Positions 1 through 14,894 of a DNA stretch of 64,000 nt are shown here, piece after piece; position 1 is the stretch's first letter, and the number at the start of each line of letters is the position of its first letter. The stretch spans positions 558,001 to 622,000 of the forward strand of contig JBODTK010000012.1 of the NCBI GenBank assembly GCA_050613775.1. The letters are read 5' to 3'. The position numbers and the translations under genes are program-made. The notes under the pieces are model-generated. The model was not told where the DNA came from and ran no database searches. It saw only the letters and a list, made by a program, of their open reading frames with translations. The DNA is from Neocallimastix sp. 'constans' (taxonomy: Eukaryota).

Positions 1-6
1 ATTTAC

Positions 7-849
7 ATGTTCCATAGTTGTAACAAAGTTTTTTTAAATCAGTTGGAGTTGCATTTTTTGGTATTGTACAAGATACTTTACTATTTTTTTTTATTATTAT
101 TATTATTTTTTTTTTTTTATTTTTTGAAGTTATTTTGATATATGTAAATATTTTTGATGATTTATATATATTATAATTTTTTTTATATGAAATTAAATGT
201 AATATTGTTTTATATATTTTAATATTATTATTATTATTATTATTATTATTTTTTAAAAAAAAAATATATATATATATATAAACATTTTATTTTTTAAAAA
301 TTTATATTTTATTAAATCAGTAATACATTTTACATTGTTATTTATTGAATAAGTACATTAAAAATAAATAATGAATCATATAAAATATAATATAGAATAA
401 ATAATGTTATTAATAATTATATTATTTATTATAGAATCAACATTGATATTATTGTATATATATACATTTATTATCATTTTTATTGTAAATTCTTACCTAA
501 GATTTGATTCAATTGTTTTTGAATTTAAGGATAAAATATTAAATTGAGAATTATTATTTTCTTCTTTTACAATATTATTAGTATTCGTTTGGGTATCAGT
601 ACTATTTGCTGTTTTATCTATCATTAAATTATCATTATTTACATTATTAATATTTTCATTGACATTATCGGTTATAACATTGGTACTAGAATCTTTATTC
701 GTATTAATATCAGCATTAGAATTGTTATTAGTATTAAAATTAGAATCAGCATTTAAATCTTTTTCGGCACTAGTATTGATATTCGAATCTTTATTGACAT
801 TTGTACTAGATTCCGTTGTTTTTTTTAATTCAGGATTTTGACTATCCAT
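7..849 (-). CDS. 5' part of a spliced gene of unknown function: exon 1 849-497 (Asn/Ser-rich N-terminus), exon 2 80-7; continues off the left edge
   Basis: ORF 849-493 ends at an AG|GTAAG donor (497/496). Acceptor TAG at 83-81 keeps the frame (...ESNL-S-KVSCTIPKNATPTDLKKLCYNYGT), followed by a GTAAAT donor at 6-1. Confidence 0.7.
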
Positions 850-1056
850 TTTTACTTATATATATTTACTTATTTATTTATTTATTTATTTTAAGTTGTT
901 TTTTTTTTTTTTTATCAAATTATTAATTGTTTTTATTATTATTTTTATTATTATATTTTATAAAAAATAAATATCTTTAAATAATTATAAATTATGATAA
1001 TTTTAAAATTATGGAATTACAATTAAAAAATAGTAATAATATATTTTAATTGTATT

Positions 1057-1098
<42 letters not shown>

Positions 1099-1552
1099 TT
1101 TTTTTCTAATATATTTATAAATACTCTATGGAAGAATTTCAATGATATATTATGTATATATTTTTTTTAAACTTTTTTTTTTTTTTAAAAGTTAAAAAAA
1201 ATTTTTTTTTTTAAACTTTTTTTTTTAAAGTAGAAAAAAAAAAATTTTTTTTTAATCTTTAATAAAACATATAAAATTAATGATGATGATAGAAATTATT
1301 TAAATATCTAATATTATTTATTTATTTATTTATATTTATATATATATTTATTTATATATTTATTTATATATTTATTTATTTAAAAAATTTTTTCTTTTGT
1401 GGCTGCTTTTCCATATTTTTTTTTTATCTTAAGTTTCATAATTTTTAATTTATTTTTAATATTTATTAATTTTAAATTTATATTAAAGAAAAAAACAAAA
1501 AAAACTTTAATATGGAATATCTGAATGTTCATTGGCTAATCTCAAAGATGAC

Positions 1553-2376
1553 TTTGTTATAAACAAAAAGAAAATCTATGAAATCTTCATTATTTTTTTT
1601 TTTTCGGTTCAATTCAAAACCAAAATAAAAAATTGAATTTAAACTGAATAAAAAGCTGAATAAAACTTCTACATTTGAAAAAGAAAAAATAAAAAATATA
1701 AATCTATAATATGAATATATTATATAAATTATAAATAAGTAAATAAAATATAAATAATTAAATAAAATATAAATAATTAAATAAAATATAAATAAGTAAA
1801 TAAAATATAAATAAGTAAATAAAATGTAAATAAGTAAACAAAATATAAATAAGTAAATAAAATATAAATAAGTAAAATAAAGTCCATTATATAATAAAAT
1901 ATTATAAATAAATTAAAAAATTTTTATTGTTTTTTGTTTTATTAACTTAAATCTATATGTCAAATTATTATTAATATTATAATCATTACAATAAAAAACA
2001 ATAAAAATTTTTTAATTTATTTATAATATTTTATTATATAATGGACTTTATTTTACTTATTTATATTTTATTTACTTATTTATATTTTATTTACTTATTT
2101 ATATTTTATTTACTTATTTATATTTTATTTACTTATTTATATTTTATTTAATTATTTATATTTTATTTAATTATTTATATTTTATTTACTTATTTATAAT
2201 TTATATAATATATTCATATTATAGATTTATATTTTTTATTTTTTCTTTTTCAAATGTAGAAGTTTTATTCAGCTTTTTATTCAGTTTAAATTCAATTTTT
2301 TATTTTGGTTTTGAATTGAACCGAAAAAAAAAAAAATAATGAAGATTTCATAGATTTTCCTTTTGTTTATAACAAA
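1553..2376. repeat. Long inverted repeat (palindrome): arms 1553-1935 and 1993-2376, 57-bp spacer
   Basis: The arms are reverse complements (tttgttataaac...agtccattat... vs ...ataatggact...gtttataacaaa) with only a few mismatches. Each arm contains an internal ~18-bp tandem array. Confidence 0.95.
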
Positions 2377-2455
2377 CTTTTTATATGTTAAAGATGAATT
2401 AGTTATGATATGATTTTAATGATAACAATATTAAATAATATTTAAATAATTAATA

Positions 2456-2491
<36 letters not shown>

Positions 2492-2807
2492 TACTAAATA
2501 ATTATACAATATTAATTTTACCATATATATAAAAATTTTTTATAAATTTATAATTTTAAAGTTCAACCTTTATTATTATTATTATTACTATTATTATTAC
2601 TATTTTTAAAATTAGAAATAAAAAAAGTTTTTTATTTTAAGAAAAAAAAAAATAATCAAATTGGAATTAACCTATATAATAATAACAACCATGAAAATTT
2701 TCATTTATTTTCGTATATCTAACTATAAACAAATATATTTATTTATTGAACAAAAAAAAAAAAAAAAAGGTTACTTTTACATAGTCTAAATAATATCTTT
2801 TTAAATG

Positions 2808-2838
<31 letters not shown>

Positions 2839-3355
2839 AATATATATAATAAATAAATTATTATAAATACTTGATAGTTTTCTTTTATTATATAATTATT
2901 TATAATTATATATAAATTAGAATAGACTAATTTTTTTTAATAAAAAGAATTAACAGAAAAATCAATTCTCTAATTTTTTTTTTTTTCAAAAATTTTTTTT
3001 TCGCAAAAATATGATTTATCCATATAAAATTCTTTATAAAAAAAAAATAAAATAAAAGAATAATTATAACATCCGAAAAAAACATATACCTAAGACCACT
3101 GTACTAATTTTATTTTATATATATGTACTGATAAAATGATTAATCCAATAATTTAAAATTTTTTTTTTTTTTTAAAATAACAATATAAATAAATAAATAA
3201 ATAAATATATATTACTAAAAAATAATGAAAAAAAAAAATAAAATTTAATTTTATGATATACTGAATACAATAAAAAATTAATATTATACTATATTATATG
3301 ATATTAGATTATCGAACTTTACTTTTATACTTTTATGAATAACTAATAAATGGAA

Positions 3356-3386
<31 letters not shown>

Positions 3387-3499
3387 TCTTTTAACTAAGA
3401 AGCATTAAGTATGTTTTATTTTATTTTTTTTCTTTATGAAAAATATATATAATATTTGAATTTTATTTTTTTTTTTTCCTTTTTCTTTTTTTTTTAAAA

Positions 3500-3757
3500 G
3501 AAGTCTTCTTTCTATGGAAGTGAAGAATTTCATCATTTTTAATTTCATGTAAGGAAAGAAATCTAGTAATGAAACTTATAACTTATTCAAAGTGACAACA
3601 TCCCAATACAAAAAAAAATTATATGAAGAAAAATAACTTAGAATTTTAAAAATATTTAGAAAAACAATATTTTGAATATCATAAAAAGTATTGTTTTTCT
3701 TGTCATTTTAGAATCTCTCCTCAAATAAGGTATATTACATGGTCAATCATTTCACTG

Positions 3758-3799
<42 letters not shown>

Positions 3800-5690
3800 A
3801 ATTGTTGAACATAATTTGATTTAACAAAATCTCTGAATTATACGGTTATTTAAATGGAAAAAATCCCCAGGGATAATTGAAATCCATAAAATGATCACGT
3901 TAACATTTATTCAGTTCTGTAAGGAAGAATTAAAAGACAGATCTATTTTTTTTCTTTCTTTATGAAGATTATCGTAAAGTGTTATGACACAATAGAATGT
4001 GAACTAAACAATAATATTCAAAAATAAAAAAAAAAAGAGATATTAATTCGTATAGGGAACACTGTGAAACGAAGTTTTTACTCCAACAATATGGAATTAG
4101 ATACATTTTAGATGAATTTCTGTAGTCATCCCCAAAAATACTAATCTAAAAATTAAAAAATTATATTATTAATCATTACATTGAAGAAGACAGAAGAGAT
4201 CTGATGAACTATTTAGAAGAAAAAATGATATTAGAAAAATTCAAAGAATTTCTCATCACCCGTCCCACCATAGATATTAATTACAATGGATGATGAATAG
4301 TTCTAGTTAAAAGAATTAATATTTTCTCTCTTTGAAGAGTATCCCAATTTTGAATTTAAACAAATAAATGATAACTATTTTGATATTTTATATTATATTC
4401 AATTTAGGGGATCAAAATTTAAATATTATGGTATAAAAACCAATGATTGACTATATCCATTACAATTTTGACAGGGATATCAATAACAAAGTGAACATCA
4501 TTAAAACAAATAATTTAGAAAGATTAAAGGATTTAAAGAATTATCTTAAGAAAAATGGAATGAATAAAGAAAAAGATAAATAAATAAATGACAATTATAA
4601 TCTAATAATTGACCATCAATTATAAGGATTTATATTTATCTGATGAAACAACCCATTTCATTCAAACCTTCTTTAATACCAACAATCGTGATATTCTAGA
4701 AATAATTGAATTGAAAAAATATAAATATAAATACATTAATGAATTTAATGGAGCTTCAAGATTTAATATATTGAAATATTGTCATGATGAACGTCATTAG
4801 GTTTCAACCCACATTAAAAAATTATATTATACCAAAACTATACAGAGGAAAGAACTTGTATCATTAATTTTTATATATAACGAGGAAGTAGAAGAATTAG
4901 AAGCAAATATGAATAAACACTCCATTAATTTTAATGAATTACATGAACAATATTTCAATTTAATAGACTCTTGTAAGGATTCCAATAATTATATATCCAT
5001 ACGAATGAAGAATTATATCTCTACTCATTACACTAAAAGAACAGTTTGTCCATGTAAACTCTGTGCTTCAAAAACAATGTCTCTAAATAGGAAAATTCTA
5101 TCATAGAAAATAAGGTAAAAAAAAAAAAAAAAAGTTAAGTGATGAAAATTTCAATCTATTTAATTTTTGTAAAATGGGAAATTAACACTACAGACTTATC
5201 CACCAAGATAAATTATCCTTTTAATGAAATATTATGATTATACCCCTTCCAGTATTATTGAACTGTTAGAAAAACAGAAGTAAGGGGAAAATGTCATAGA
5301 AATATTATGAAGTGAAAACCTTGATTTTAGAACCTTAAATGACCAATTCAACATAAAAAAAAAAAATTACACCTATTCACTTTTTGCAAATAAAGCTATT
5401 TCATATGAGATGAAAGACTTTATAGTTCATATCGATAAAATGAAGAAGGAAACCTTTGATATCATTGAAAATAATAATATGAGTGATTTGGTTCTATTCA
5501 CTAAAGAAAAGAACATGAAATCCAAAAATGTAAAGTCTATTCATGATATCTACAATAAAAAGATGATTTCTTTTGAAATTAAGTTAGTTCTTTTCTTACA
5601 TTATGATGATGCTATAGATGCCATAGGAAAGATCATTGAAATAGTTCAGAAAAAATTACAGAGAAAAACTTCAAACTTACTATAACACCA
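3500..5690 (+). pseudogene. Decayed coding region of unrecognised family (contains CxxC/CxxH-like motifs)
   Basis: Less AT-extreme than its flanks. Successive + frames are broken by stops and poly-A (KYCFSCHF, ...NYIINHYIEEDRRDLMNYLEEKMILEKFKEFL..., VCPCKLC, ORF 5410-5685). Confidence 0.5.
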
Positions 5691-6649
5691 AATAAATATA
5701 AAAATAAACTATTTTTCATTGTTTTAAAAGTTTTTTTTTTTTTTTTTTTTTTTTTTCTCTTGGTAGGTTGAATCTAATCAAGCGATCACCAATTTTTTTT
5801 TTTTAATTTATAAAAAAAATGATATGGGAACTTCCTAAATGAATAAGAAGTCACTATTTCAAAGATATTTCAAAATATTTTTTATTTAAGATAATTTTAT
5901 ACCTATTTATTTCATAGTATTTTTTTTTAAGATGATTTTATTCATATAACAGTATCCGGTTATATATTATGCATTTTTATAGTATTGTATAAAATAACTT
6001 TAAATGTCTTTTTTTTTTTTTTTTTTTTTTTAAATATTATTAATATTATAAATATATATTTACAATAATCGAACTTAACTGAATATATTTTCAATTTTAT
6101 ATAATATTACATGAAATAATTTTATTTTATCGAAGTTATTTAATATTTTTTTCATAATATCTTTACAATATATGTTTATTTATATATTAAGTTATATAAT
6201 ATTATAAAATAAATTGATGAAGTTTTTCATATTATACATGAATATAATTTATATAAATATATGAAATGATAGTTATAATACGAATTATAAAAAAAAAAAA
6301 AAAAATAAAAAATAAAAAAATAAAAATAAAACTATATTTATAAAATTTTCAATTAGTATTAATTTTTATTATAATATAAAGAAAAATCTATTAGAGAAAT
6401 GAAATAATTATTTAAATATATTAGGTTAAAAATAAAAAAATTTTAGTACATCTGTCTTTTTCATATCATAATAAATTTAACTCAAAATCATTTATAAAAT
6501 AATGATAATATATTTATTTTTACTGAAAATAAATTATAAATAATTTAATAAAAACCGAAAAAAAAAAATTTTTAATTAAAATTTCATTATTACCAAAAAA
6601 AAAAAAAATTAAAATTTTAATTTATTAGATAAAATTGTGATAACAATCA

Positions 6650-6895
6650 ATAATGAACAATGAATTATGAACAATATATAATAAATAATTAAATAATGAA
6701 CAATGAATGATGAATAATAAATAATTAAATAATGAACAATGAATGATGAATAATGAATAATTAAATAATGAATAATGAATGATGAATGATAAATGATGAA
6801 TAATGAATAATTAAATAATGAATAATGAATGATGAATGATGAATAATGAAAGATGAATGATGAAATATGAATAATGAATGATGAATAATGAATAA
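6650..6895. repeat. Degenerate (AATGAAT)n heptamer satellite
   Basis: Seen directly. Confidence 0.85.
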
Positions 6896-7056
6896 TTATT
6901 ATATTTATACATATGTATAATAGTTGATAATATAAACTTTTAATAAAAAATTATATATATATGTATTATTTGTTTTATATTTTATTAATATTAATTTTTC
7001 ATCTCCAAAAAAAAAAAAAATACAAAATAAAAATGTTATATATCATTTTAATAATT

Positions 7057-7114
<58 letters not shown>

Positions 7115-8754
7115 GTATTTATAATTATTTATTTAAATGTGGAGAACAAACTTTAAAAAGTTTTTATTACCATTTATAGAATACTTATAGAATAGTAATT
7201 AATGTAAATATCTTCATACTTTTTTGTTATCATTCGCATGGTATAAATATTTATTATTTATATATAATAGCCATTGTAATATTATACGATAATAAGAATA
7301 AATTGGTTAGAAATATGAAAAGATATCAAAATATCATTATTCATTCTTCTATTTCATCTATATCTTAATCTCTTAATATTTTTTACTATTAAATCATTTG
7401 CATGAAACAGTCACATCTTGTATAAATGTAAAATAATAAAATTGAAATTAAAATAAAAAAAATGAAAAGTTTATAACATATAAACAAAAAACTGTAAGGC
7501 ATTAATATGATAAAGTTTCATTAAATTTTTTTAATTTTTTTTTTTTTTTATTCAAACATCCTTTGATTTTTAAACTTTTTCATGAGTATTTCTATTTTAA
7601 TTAATAAATTTTAATTTATTATTATTAAAGAAATTTATTTTAATATTATCTATTTATGGAAATATCTTTAATAATTACTATTAATAAATAAATAAAAAAA
7701 AATAAAATAAAATAAAAATAATTAATTAAATAAATGACAAAAATAATAACTAAATAAATAAAGTAATAATAATAATATATTAATAAATGAATGAATACAT
7801 AAATAATAAATAATAAATAATAAATAAATATAGATAACCAAGTAAATATAAATTCTTTAATATATATCATTTTTAAGAATTATTTTTACTAATAAAAATG
7901 ATTAATTATTATTGAATCATTATATAAAATATAATATATGAAATAGAAATTTATTTTAATTAAAAAAAACAAGTAAATAATAAATGAATATATCTATTAT
8001 AGAGAATTAATTATTTGTCAATTATAATAAAAAAAACATAAACACATATAATGAGTACCCATCTCCCATTATGACCATAACTGTTAAATGTGATAAACTG
8101 GCATACTAGTATAGTATCGTCTATTTTTCAATTATATCAAATAATATTTAATAAATTTATTATAAAAAATATGAAGATTTCAATTATACCAGCATTCATA
8201 GCAAAATAAAATTTCTTTTAATAATTTTTTATATTCATTTTATCTTTTTATATATATTCAAATTTTGACTAAAGTATATAAAATATAAAGTTATCTATTG
8301 TAAAATATACAAATCAATCATTTCGATATATCAATATTAAATTTGAAAATTTTTTAAAATGAAAATTAATCCAAAATTTTTGATAAATTTATTAAAATTC
8401 ATTCCCTATTAATGCATTAATATATACAAAAATACTATTGTAATATACATAATTATATAATACTCTACATATTACAATTAAAACAAATGCCTTTTAATAT
8501 ATTTTAGAATTTATTTTACTGGTGAAAAAAACATAAAAATAAAGTTTAATAAAATCAATTTAAAAAAAATTAATTAATTTTAATTAAATTTTAATTTATT
8601 TAACACAATTATTTATATTAATTGTATATATATAGCAATAGAATTGGCCATATATTTTGTCATGTTTAACTTTAATTAGTAAATTTTAATGATACGGTCA
8701 CTTTTAATATTTTCCGTTTTTTTTTTTTTAGTTTGGTTTAAAATATATAATAAA

Positions 8755-10240
8755 AATTAATAATGAATAATAAATAATGAATAATGAATAATGAATAATA
8801 AATAATAAATAATAAATAATGAATAATAAATAATAAATAATAAATAATAAATAATAAATAATAAATAATAAATAATAAATAATAAATAATAAATAATAAA
8901 TAATAAATAATAAATAATTGAATAATAAATAATAAATAATTGAATAATAAATAATTAAATAATTAAATAATTAAATAATTAAATAATTAAGTAATTAAAT
9001 AATTAAGTAATTAAATAATTAAATAATTAAATAATAAATAAATAATAAATAATAAATAATTGAATAATCCTATAGAATTTGAACATCATATAATATTAGT
9101 TGTAAATATTAATATTCTAATTTATTAAATCATTTAATAATATAAATTTATTTATACTAAATTAAATGAAATTAAATAAATAGTAATAAATATATTATAT
9201 TAATACTTTTTAATAAAATGAATTCTGTATATATTAATATATTAGTGAATATAGATTGAGATTAGGCTATTTCTTTTTTTTATCAACTCTACAATTAATA
9301 TATAATAGATAATAAAAATTTTCTAAATATGGAATTAATTACTTTAATAAAAAATTATAAATGACGACTAATAAAATTGATTTGAAAATAATAAAGTAAT
9401 AAAAATAAATAAAAAAACTAATTAAATAAATATTAAATATTAAATATTAAATATTAAATATTAAATATTAAATATTAAATATTAAATATTAAATATTAAA
9501 TATTAAATATTAAATATTAAATATTAAATATTAAATATTAAATATTAAAAGTTATTATTATTAAATAAATTATATACCAACAAATAGAGAATGAATCAAT
9601 AATAAAAGTATAGTTGATATAATAATATAAATAGATCTATGATTAAAACAGATTATCATGTTATAAAACATTTAATTTTAAGAATTTTTATATATTAAAA
9701 ATGAAATTATAAAAATTAATAATAAAAAAATAATTAATAAATTTTATATTTAATATTTTAATTTGAATAATTAATCATCATAGTTTAATATTATTAATTT
9801 TATAAATAATAAATAATAAATAATAAATAATAAATAATAAATAATAAATAATAAATAATAAATAATAAATAATAAATAATAAATAATAAATAATAAATAA
9901 TAAATAATAAATAATAAATAATAAATAATAAATAATAAATAATAAATAATAAATAATAAATAATAAATAATAAATAATAAATAATAAATAATAAATAATT
10001 AAATAACAAATAATAAATAATAAATAATAAATAATAAATAATAAATAATAAATAATAAATAATAAATAATAAATAATTAAATAACAAATATAATAAATAA
10101 TAAGTAATAAATAAATAATAAATAATAAATAATAAATAATAAATAATAAATAGTAGATAATAAATAATAAATAATAAATAATAAATAAAAAATATTAAAT
10201 AATAAATAGTAGATAATAAATAGTAGATAATAAAATGGGT
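8755..10240. repeat. Heptamer microsatellite cluster: (AATAAAT)n 8755-9070, (AAATATT)n 9428-9548, (ATAAATA)n 9801-10240
   Basis: Seen directly. These arrays explain spurious ORF 9800-10258. Confidence 0.9.
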
Positions 10241-12794
10241 AATAAAAAATAAAATCATTTATTTAATATTTATTACATATATTATATTATTCGATATTTC
10301 TTTAATAAACCTTATTCCATAATGAATATTTTAATAAATTTGACATGTACATTTATCACAAATGTATACATTTAAGTTTACTTTGATAAAACAATAATAA
10401 AAAAAATTATATATAAATTTTAAGGATAATAATATAAAGAACATAAAATAATATAATTTAAAATAAAATATAAAAATACAAAAAAAAAAAAAAAATAATA
10501 ATGATAAATAAAATTTGAAAATAAAAAATAAAAATAGAGAAAAGAAGAATAATATATTAATAATTTAACCAATGTTTAAGATTGAAAAATTCACTTCAAA
10601 GGCCTAAAGTTTTAAAAAAAAAAAAAAATAACTATTAAATATTTAAATATTTAAATATTTATATTGGTATCTTAATGTTGTACTTTTTAATTTAAATGTT
10701 AAGATAATAAAAGAAAACAACAAAAAATTTATTTATTTCAATATTTATTTGTTAATAGTTGTACAAAACTGATTATAACAAATTTATAATGATTATAAAA
10801 ATAAATCTTTTTAAAAGCAAAAACAATAACACAATAAAATAATATGACATTATGAGCAATAGATTGGATGATTAAAATAAAAAAAAAAAAAAGTTTATAT
10901 AATATAAAATGCTTATATTTTTCGTTGTTCAAAGTAATCATAGCCTATTATAAATATTTCATTGTTTAATTATTTTGAATATTAATAAATTTTAATAATT
11001 ATTTAATTTTATTATTATTATCATTTTTATCATTATTTATATGACTTAAAAATATAAAAATTAATATTATATATAGATATAAAATATTAAAAAGTATTTG
11101 ATATTTTATTAATTAAAAACAGTGTTTTATTACATATCATTTTCATTATTATTTTTATAGATATATTTAGTTATTTAATATATATTATATAAATTTTATT
11201 AATAATAAATTATATAAGTATATATATATATATAAAAAAAAGATTATAATAATAATTAAATAATAAATATTATTGATTGTTTTAAGAATTATTATTTTTT
11301 AATATTCATTAATAAATTATATATAAACTATATTTATATAATTAATTTATTAATTGATTTTTAATTATCAAATAAGAAAATTTTTTTAAATAAAAAAAAA
11401 ATTTTTTTTTATAATAATATATAAATAGTTTTTGATTTTTTTTTTTTTACTTTTTTTGTGTTTTTAAAAAAATTGTTCTTAAAATAAAATTTGTTATTTG
11501 TTTAATTTCTTATATATAAAAAGAAATTAATTTTCCTTTTTTTATTGTTTGAAGTCAAGAATTATTTTTTTTATATATATCAAAGATTAAAAAAAAAAAA
11601 AAAAGGAAAATTAATAAATATAAAATAAAATATACAAAAACAAATATACTAAACGTTTTGTACCATTAATATAATACAGTTTAAATGATATAAATATATC
11701 TATCATATAAAAATATATAATTAATAAAACCATAAATATTTATTATTTTTTTTAATAAAAAAATTTTATTATTAATACTCTAAATTAGTTATTGTTTTTT
11801 CATGAAATAACAATATATTGAAGAATTTAAAAAAGAAAAAAAAAAAAAAGAGAGAACAATCTTATTTAAATTTTGCTAATTTTTTTTTCTGTTAATAATT
11901 AATTTCGCTATAGTAAACATTTCATTTATATTTAATTCAAAGAAATAAAAACATAAAAAAGAGAAAAGAAAAAAAAAGGTAAAAAAAAAAAAAAAAACAA
12001 TTAAAAACTTAATAAATATAATAATTATTATATTTCTTTGAAAATGAAAAAAAAAAAAGTATAAGTATATAAATGAATATATATATATAAAATTAAAATA
12101 GCAATTAAATAATGATAAAATTAAAAAAGAAAGAAATTAATAATCTATTATTAATAATGAATAAGAAAGTAGTAATGTTAAATCTTATATTTATTATATT
12201 AGACAATTTTATCTCAATAATATAGAAAAATATTATAAAACAATAATATATTAAATAATTAATCAATACAATTTATATAAGTATATGTAACATAAGAAAA
12301 AAGATTAAAAATAGAGTAACTTAGAGTAATTATTTAAAAGTGAAAGTTTTTTTTTTTTTTTATTAAAAAAAAGTTTAACATCGAAGAAAAAGGAAATAAT
12401 TATATATGTAATGTTCAAAACAAAAAAAAAAAAAAAAAAAGTATTTTTATTTTTTAGAAATATTTGTTTTCAACACATAATTCAAAAAATTTGTATAAAT
12501 AAATAATATTTTAAAAAAAATAAATATATAATAATTCATAATAATAAACAACATATATTGTTTTTTTTTCAAATACAAAAAAAATATATATATATCAATA
12601 TTGATTACCATAGATTTATTATTACTAATACAAAAATTTATAAATATATGACAATTATCATAAACTAATATTTTTAAAAATTCAAAAAACTAATATTTTT
12701 AAAAATTCAAAAAATTAATATTTTTAATAAATTTAATTTCTATATTTATATATAAAAAGATATCAATATAAATACATAATATATATAGTTGAAA

Positions 12795-13818
12795 ATGTTG
12801 ACAGCTGAAGAGCCAAAATTACCAGTAGAAGAAAATAAAACGGCTGAAGTACCAAAAGTTGAAAATGAAAAAAAGGAATCAATTAATATAGAAAAGGTTA
12901 AAGAAGAAATAGAAGAAACGAAACACGAAATTGAAAAATTAGATACACGTAAGGATGAAAGTGATAGTAAAGATGAAGAGGAAGATATTGTAATACCTCC
13001 ACCACCAGAATTTTCAGTACCTTTATTTACTAAATATATACATGGTCGTCAACGTTCTATCTCTGTTTCTTCTGAAATTTCTATTGATAGTTACGTTTAC
13101 GAAGAAGGAGCCGGTTCACCAAATATTGATTCTTCTGGTGAATCTATTATAAATGTTGAAGTAGATTCTGTCGTTAATACTGATATTAGTGCTGAAGTTC
13201 CAATACATCATACTAATGAAATTCCAGAAGCAATGAAGGAAGAAGAAAAAAATGTTAATGATGTCATAAAAGACGTTACAAGAGATGTTCCAGCTACAAT
13301 TCCAATTATAACAGGTGTTCCTGATGCTACTAAACCTAAAGAACAAAAGAAGAATTCTCCTTTAACTGTTGAAACAGATGAAGCTCACTTAAATGTTAAC
13401 AGTCACGTTCCTCCACCACGTAGTTCTGCTTCTCTTTCTGCATCAGTCACTCGTCAAGAAGGTGAATCTTTAAATGAAGATACTTGTAAGAAATCCCTTA
13501 TTTATATATATATTTTTTTTAAAAAAAAAAAATTAAAAAAAAAAAAAGGAAAGAAATAGAGAAAAAAGAAAAAATAATTATTTTTAATAATTTATGGATG
13601 GATTTATATAAATTCTTATAAATTAAGTGAAATAGATTATTTTTTCTATATATATTTTTATATGTATATCATTTCTTTATTTTTTTTTTATAGTTTTTAT
13701 TTTTTTTTTTTTTTTTTTAAAAAAATTTTTATTTAAATCAGGGATTTTGATAAAAGTTTATAATTTTATTTTATTTTTAATTTTATTATTTATTTTATTA
13801 GAATTTTATATTTTTATT

Positions 13819-13849
<31 letters not shown>

Positions 13850-14501
13850 GATAAAAAAAAATTAATAATTATCTAAATAGTAAACAGCATAAAACAAAAG
13901 TAATTAGTAATTACAGTAAAAATTATATATCGTCAGCTTTACATTTCAAACATATACAAATCATAATATCAATATCAATATTATAAAATTTAAATAATTA
14001 AAAAATACTCAAATGACAATAATTATTGTACACTAGGAAGTACCAAATATTTTTTAATCGACAATTTTAGTAAAAATAAAAAAAAAAAAATACTAAGAAA
14101 GTTTTTAAAGTTTTTTAGATTAATTAAATATATAATACAAAGTTTAATACAATATAGGAAAAATATATATTTAAATATAAAAATAATTTATATATATTGT
14201 TATAAAAGAAGAAAGGAATTTTTTTTTTTTTCTTCTTCATAAAATTAGAATAAGAAGACAGTCAATTCCAATAATAATTAAAAAAAAAAAAATAATAAAA
14301 AAAAAAAGAAAGCAATTTAACCAATAAACCAATAAATTTATTTATTAAAATATTTAAATTGTCATTGATTATTGGAGTAGATTTAATTAAAATTTAAAAT
14401 TTATATATAATTAATTAAAAAATTAAAAAAATGCAAACATTTTTTAAAGTGTTACAAGAATTAGTTTTCGAATAGAATTATACAATTCAATAATTTTATA
14501 C

Positions 14502-14542
<41 letters not shown>

Positions 14543-14863
14543 AAATTTATAAATTTTTATGAAAATTAAATTAATGATAAATATTAAAATTCTTATTCAC
14601 TTTTTTGATTTTATTTTAATACAAATCAATTAATTATCATTAATATGAATATATATTTTTTTTTTTTAAAAAAAAATAGAATGAAATAGAATATTGAAAT
14701 AATCAAAATAATTATAATAATCATTTAAAAATGATATTAATATATATTATGCCTTAAAAAATATTTTTTAATATTTTTAGAATGAATCAGAGAATTAACA
14801 TTAACAATAGATTATCATTTTTATTATTATGAATTATAATTAATATAGAATTATTCATAACTT

Positions 14864-14894
<31 letters not shown>

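Noticed and set aside
7130..8520. Faint minus-strand coding relics
   Set aside because: No continuous frame or recognisable motif.
9800..10258. Hydrophobic repeat ORFs (also 7646-7870, 43759-44028, 47411-48081, 48065-48868)
   Set aside because: Translations of microsatellites and homopolymers.
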